A stretch of DNA of 63,400 nt, filler included, from Anaerolineae bacterium (GTDB taxonomy: Bacteria; Chloroflexota; Anaerolineae; Epilineales; Epilineaceae): NCBI GenBank assembly GCA_029262755.1. It is 9 parts of 9 records of this genome, joined end to end, with 100 filler letters (N's around TTAATTAATTAA, not from the genome) between each part and the next. Parts side by side here need not be neighbours in the genome. Positions count along the whole stretch, not along the records: positions 59,052 to 63,400 come from JAJCYU010000220.1; 8 more parts are not named here. One strand, 5' to 3'. This document shows, piece by piece, positions 61,917-63,400 of the stretch (the stretch's first letter is position 1; each line of letters opens with the position of its first letter). A program made the translations under genes and the position numbers. A model generated the notes under the pieces. That model did no database searches and had not been told where the DNA came from. It worked only from the letters and a program-made list of their open reading frames with translations.

Positions 61917-62474
61917 ATGGAATCGATGACGGACCGTCAATTCGATGAACTGCCCTCGCTTCTCGAACGAGCACGCGTCAGGCTGCTCGACGTCGTGGAC
62001 GGCCTGCCGGACGATGCCTTGGCTTTCCGGCCGGCTCCGCAGGAGTGGAACGTGTTGGAGGTCCTCGAGCACGTGTGGCTCTCCGAGCGCTTGTACGCCA
62101 TGGCGGGCCGACGCCTGCTTGCGTCGCTGCCCGTCGGCAGGCCCACCTCGTACGACTCGGTGCCCGCAACCCGGGCCGCCGGTGTGACCAGCCCACGTAT
62201 CGCCGCGCCGAGCTTCGCGCTGCCCGCGGGCGAGCTCGACTTGCCGGCCTTGCAAACGCGCCTCGCTCGATCGCGCGGTCGCATCCTTGCACTGTGGGAA
62301 GCCCTTCGCGATCGAGACAGCGCGGCCGCGACAACGACGGTCCCCGAGGTCGGGTTCGTGTTCAACGCGGGTCAGCTTGTGCATATGGCCGGCCTCCACG
62401 ACCGGGTGCACACGAGACAGATTCGCGACAACCTGGCGGCCTGGCGCGCCACCGAGCACGCCGAGAGCGGATGA
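61917..62474 (+). CDS. DinB family protein
   Basis: RPAPQEWNVLEVLEHV..E; HDRVH..QI metal-binding His motif. Confidence 0.85.
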   Translation: MESMTDRQFDELPSLLERARVRLLDVVDGLPDDALAFRPAPQEWNVLEVLEHVWLSERLYAMAGRRLLASLPVGRPTSYDSVPATRAAGVTSPRIAAPSFALPAGELDLPALQTRLARSRGRILALWEALRDRDSAAATTTVPEVGFVFNAGQLVHMAGLHDRVHTRQIRDNLAAWRATEHAESG

Positions 62475-63217
62475 GCCGCGCGTCGGACGGGCTGCGCGTG
62501 AACCTCTGGTCGGGCCCGCGCAACGTCTCGACGGCGCTGATGTACGCCTTCGCACAACGGGCCGATACGCGCGTCATCGACGAGCCGCTCTACGCCCACT
62601 ACCTGCGCGAGTCGGGCGCGGATCATCCCGGCCGGGAAGACGTGCTCTCTGCGATGGATAGCGACGGAGCACGCGTCATCCGCAGGACCGTGCTCGGCCC
62701 CTCCGACCGGCCCGTGCTCTTCCTCAAGCAGATGGCCCACCACCTCGACGGCATCGAAGATCCCGAGCGCACCCGTTTGTGGGCCGAGTCGGCGCACGTA
62801 CTGCTCGTGCGCGATCCGCGTGAGATGCTGCCATCGCTCGTGCGCCAGATCCCGCACCCCACCTTGCGCGACACGGCGCTGGCCACCCAGACGGAGCTGC
62901 TCGACGAGCTGGCGCGCCACGGCCGCACACCGCCCGTGGTCGACGCCCGCCGCCTGCTGCTCGACCCGCCACGCGTGCTCGCCGCAGTCTGCGACCGCCT
63001 GGACATCCCGTGGGATCCTGCGATGCTCTCCTGGCCGGCCGGAGCACGGCCCGAGGACGGCGTATGGGCACCGCATTGGTACGAGGCCGTGCATCGTTCC
63101 ACGGGCTTTCGTCCCTACCGGCCCAAGGACGATCCCGTTCCCGACTCGCTTCTACCGTTGTTGGACGCATGCCGCCCCCACTACGATCGCCTGGCCTCTC
63201 TGGCCATCGAGCCCTGA
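62471..63217 (+). CDS. Sulfotransferase-like P-loop protein (BCAT-like-associated)
   Basis: WSGPRNVSTALMYAF; DEPLYAHYL; KQMAHH; DGVWAPHWY..V..STGF. Confidence 0.88.
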   Translation: MSRASDGLRVNLWSGPRNVSTALMYAFAQRADTRVIDEPLYAHYLRESGADHPGREDVLSAMDSDGARVIRRTVLGPSDRPVLFLKQMAHHLDGIEDPERTRLWAESAHVLLVRDPREMLPSLVRQIPHPTLRDTALATQTELLDELARHGRTPPVVDARRLLLDPPRVLAAVCDRLDIPWDPAMLSWPAGARPEDGVWAPHWYEAVHRSTGFRPYRPKDDPVPDSLLPLLDACRPHYDRLASLAIEP

Positions 63218-63230
63218 AAGCGAGACGCAC

Positions 63231-63400
63231 GTGACCGCACCGAGTCCCGATCGACCCCGCGCCTCCGACCTTCCCGACCTTCCCGACCCCCGCAACGCCG
63301 CGATCCTGATCCACGTCGGCGGTACGCTCCACCCGCGCGGCGAGGCCAAGATCTCGGTCTTCGACAGCGTCGTACAGGGTGGCGACGCCGTGTGGGAAGG
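63231..63400 (+). CDS. Class IV PLP aminotransferase (BCAT-like), N-terminal fragment
   Basis: PDPRN..I..GG.L.PR.EAKISVFDSVVQGGDAVWE. Confidence 0.85.
   Translation, partial: MTAPSPDRPRASDLPDLPDPRNAAILIHVGGTLHPRGEAKISVFDSVVQGGDAVWE

Overview
The window joins nine unlinked contig fragments with 100-nt artificial spacers (N-run + TTAATTAATTAA + N-run), so gene context does not carry across spacers. Eight fragments are high-GC and look like a Chloroflexota (Anaerolineae/Ardenticatenia-like) genome bin rich in secreted proteins; the taxonomy is inferred. One fragment (55860-58951, TPR gene + ppdK) is AT-rich and probably foreign. Main points: (1) a lasso-peptide locus (precursor with YxxPxL leader, Thr-2 and Gly1...Asp8 core, plus a cyclase) directly downstream of a C25 gingipain-like protease; (2) a selenoprotein split by the ORF caller, a DipZ/TlpA-like thioredoxin lipoprotein with in-frame TGA giving UxxC and a SECIS-like hairpin; (3) a purine operon with two archaeal-type PurP paralogues and an atypical PurN; (4) a short hydrophobic 'h-x-L-P-h' motif, usually beside Pro/Thr linkers, in about 10 unrelated secreted proteins, a candidate surface-sorting signal; (5) a heme c / type II copper monooxygenase-like protein, an apparently inactive M23 homologue, an orphan antitoxin-like ORF and many frame-preserving tandem repeats.
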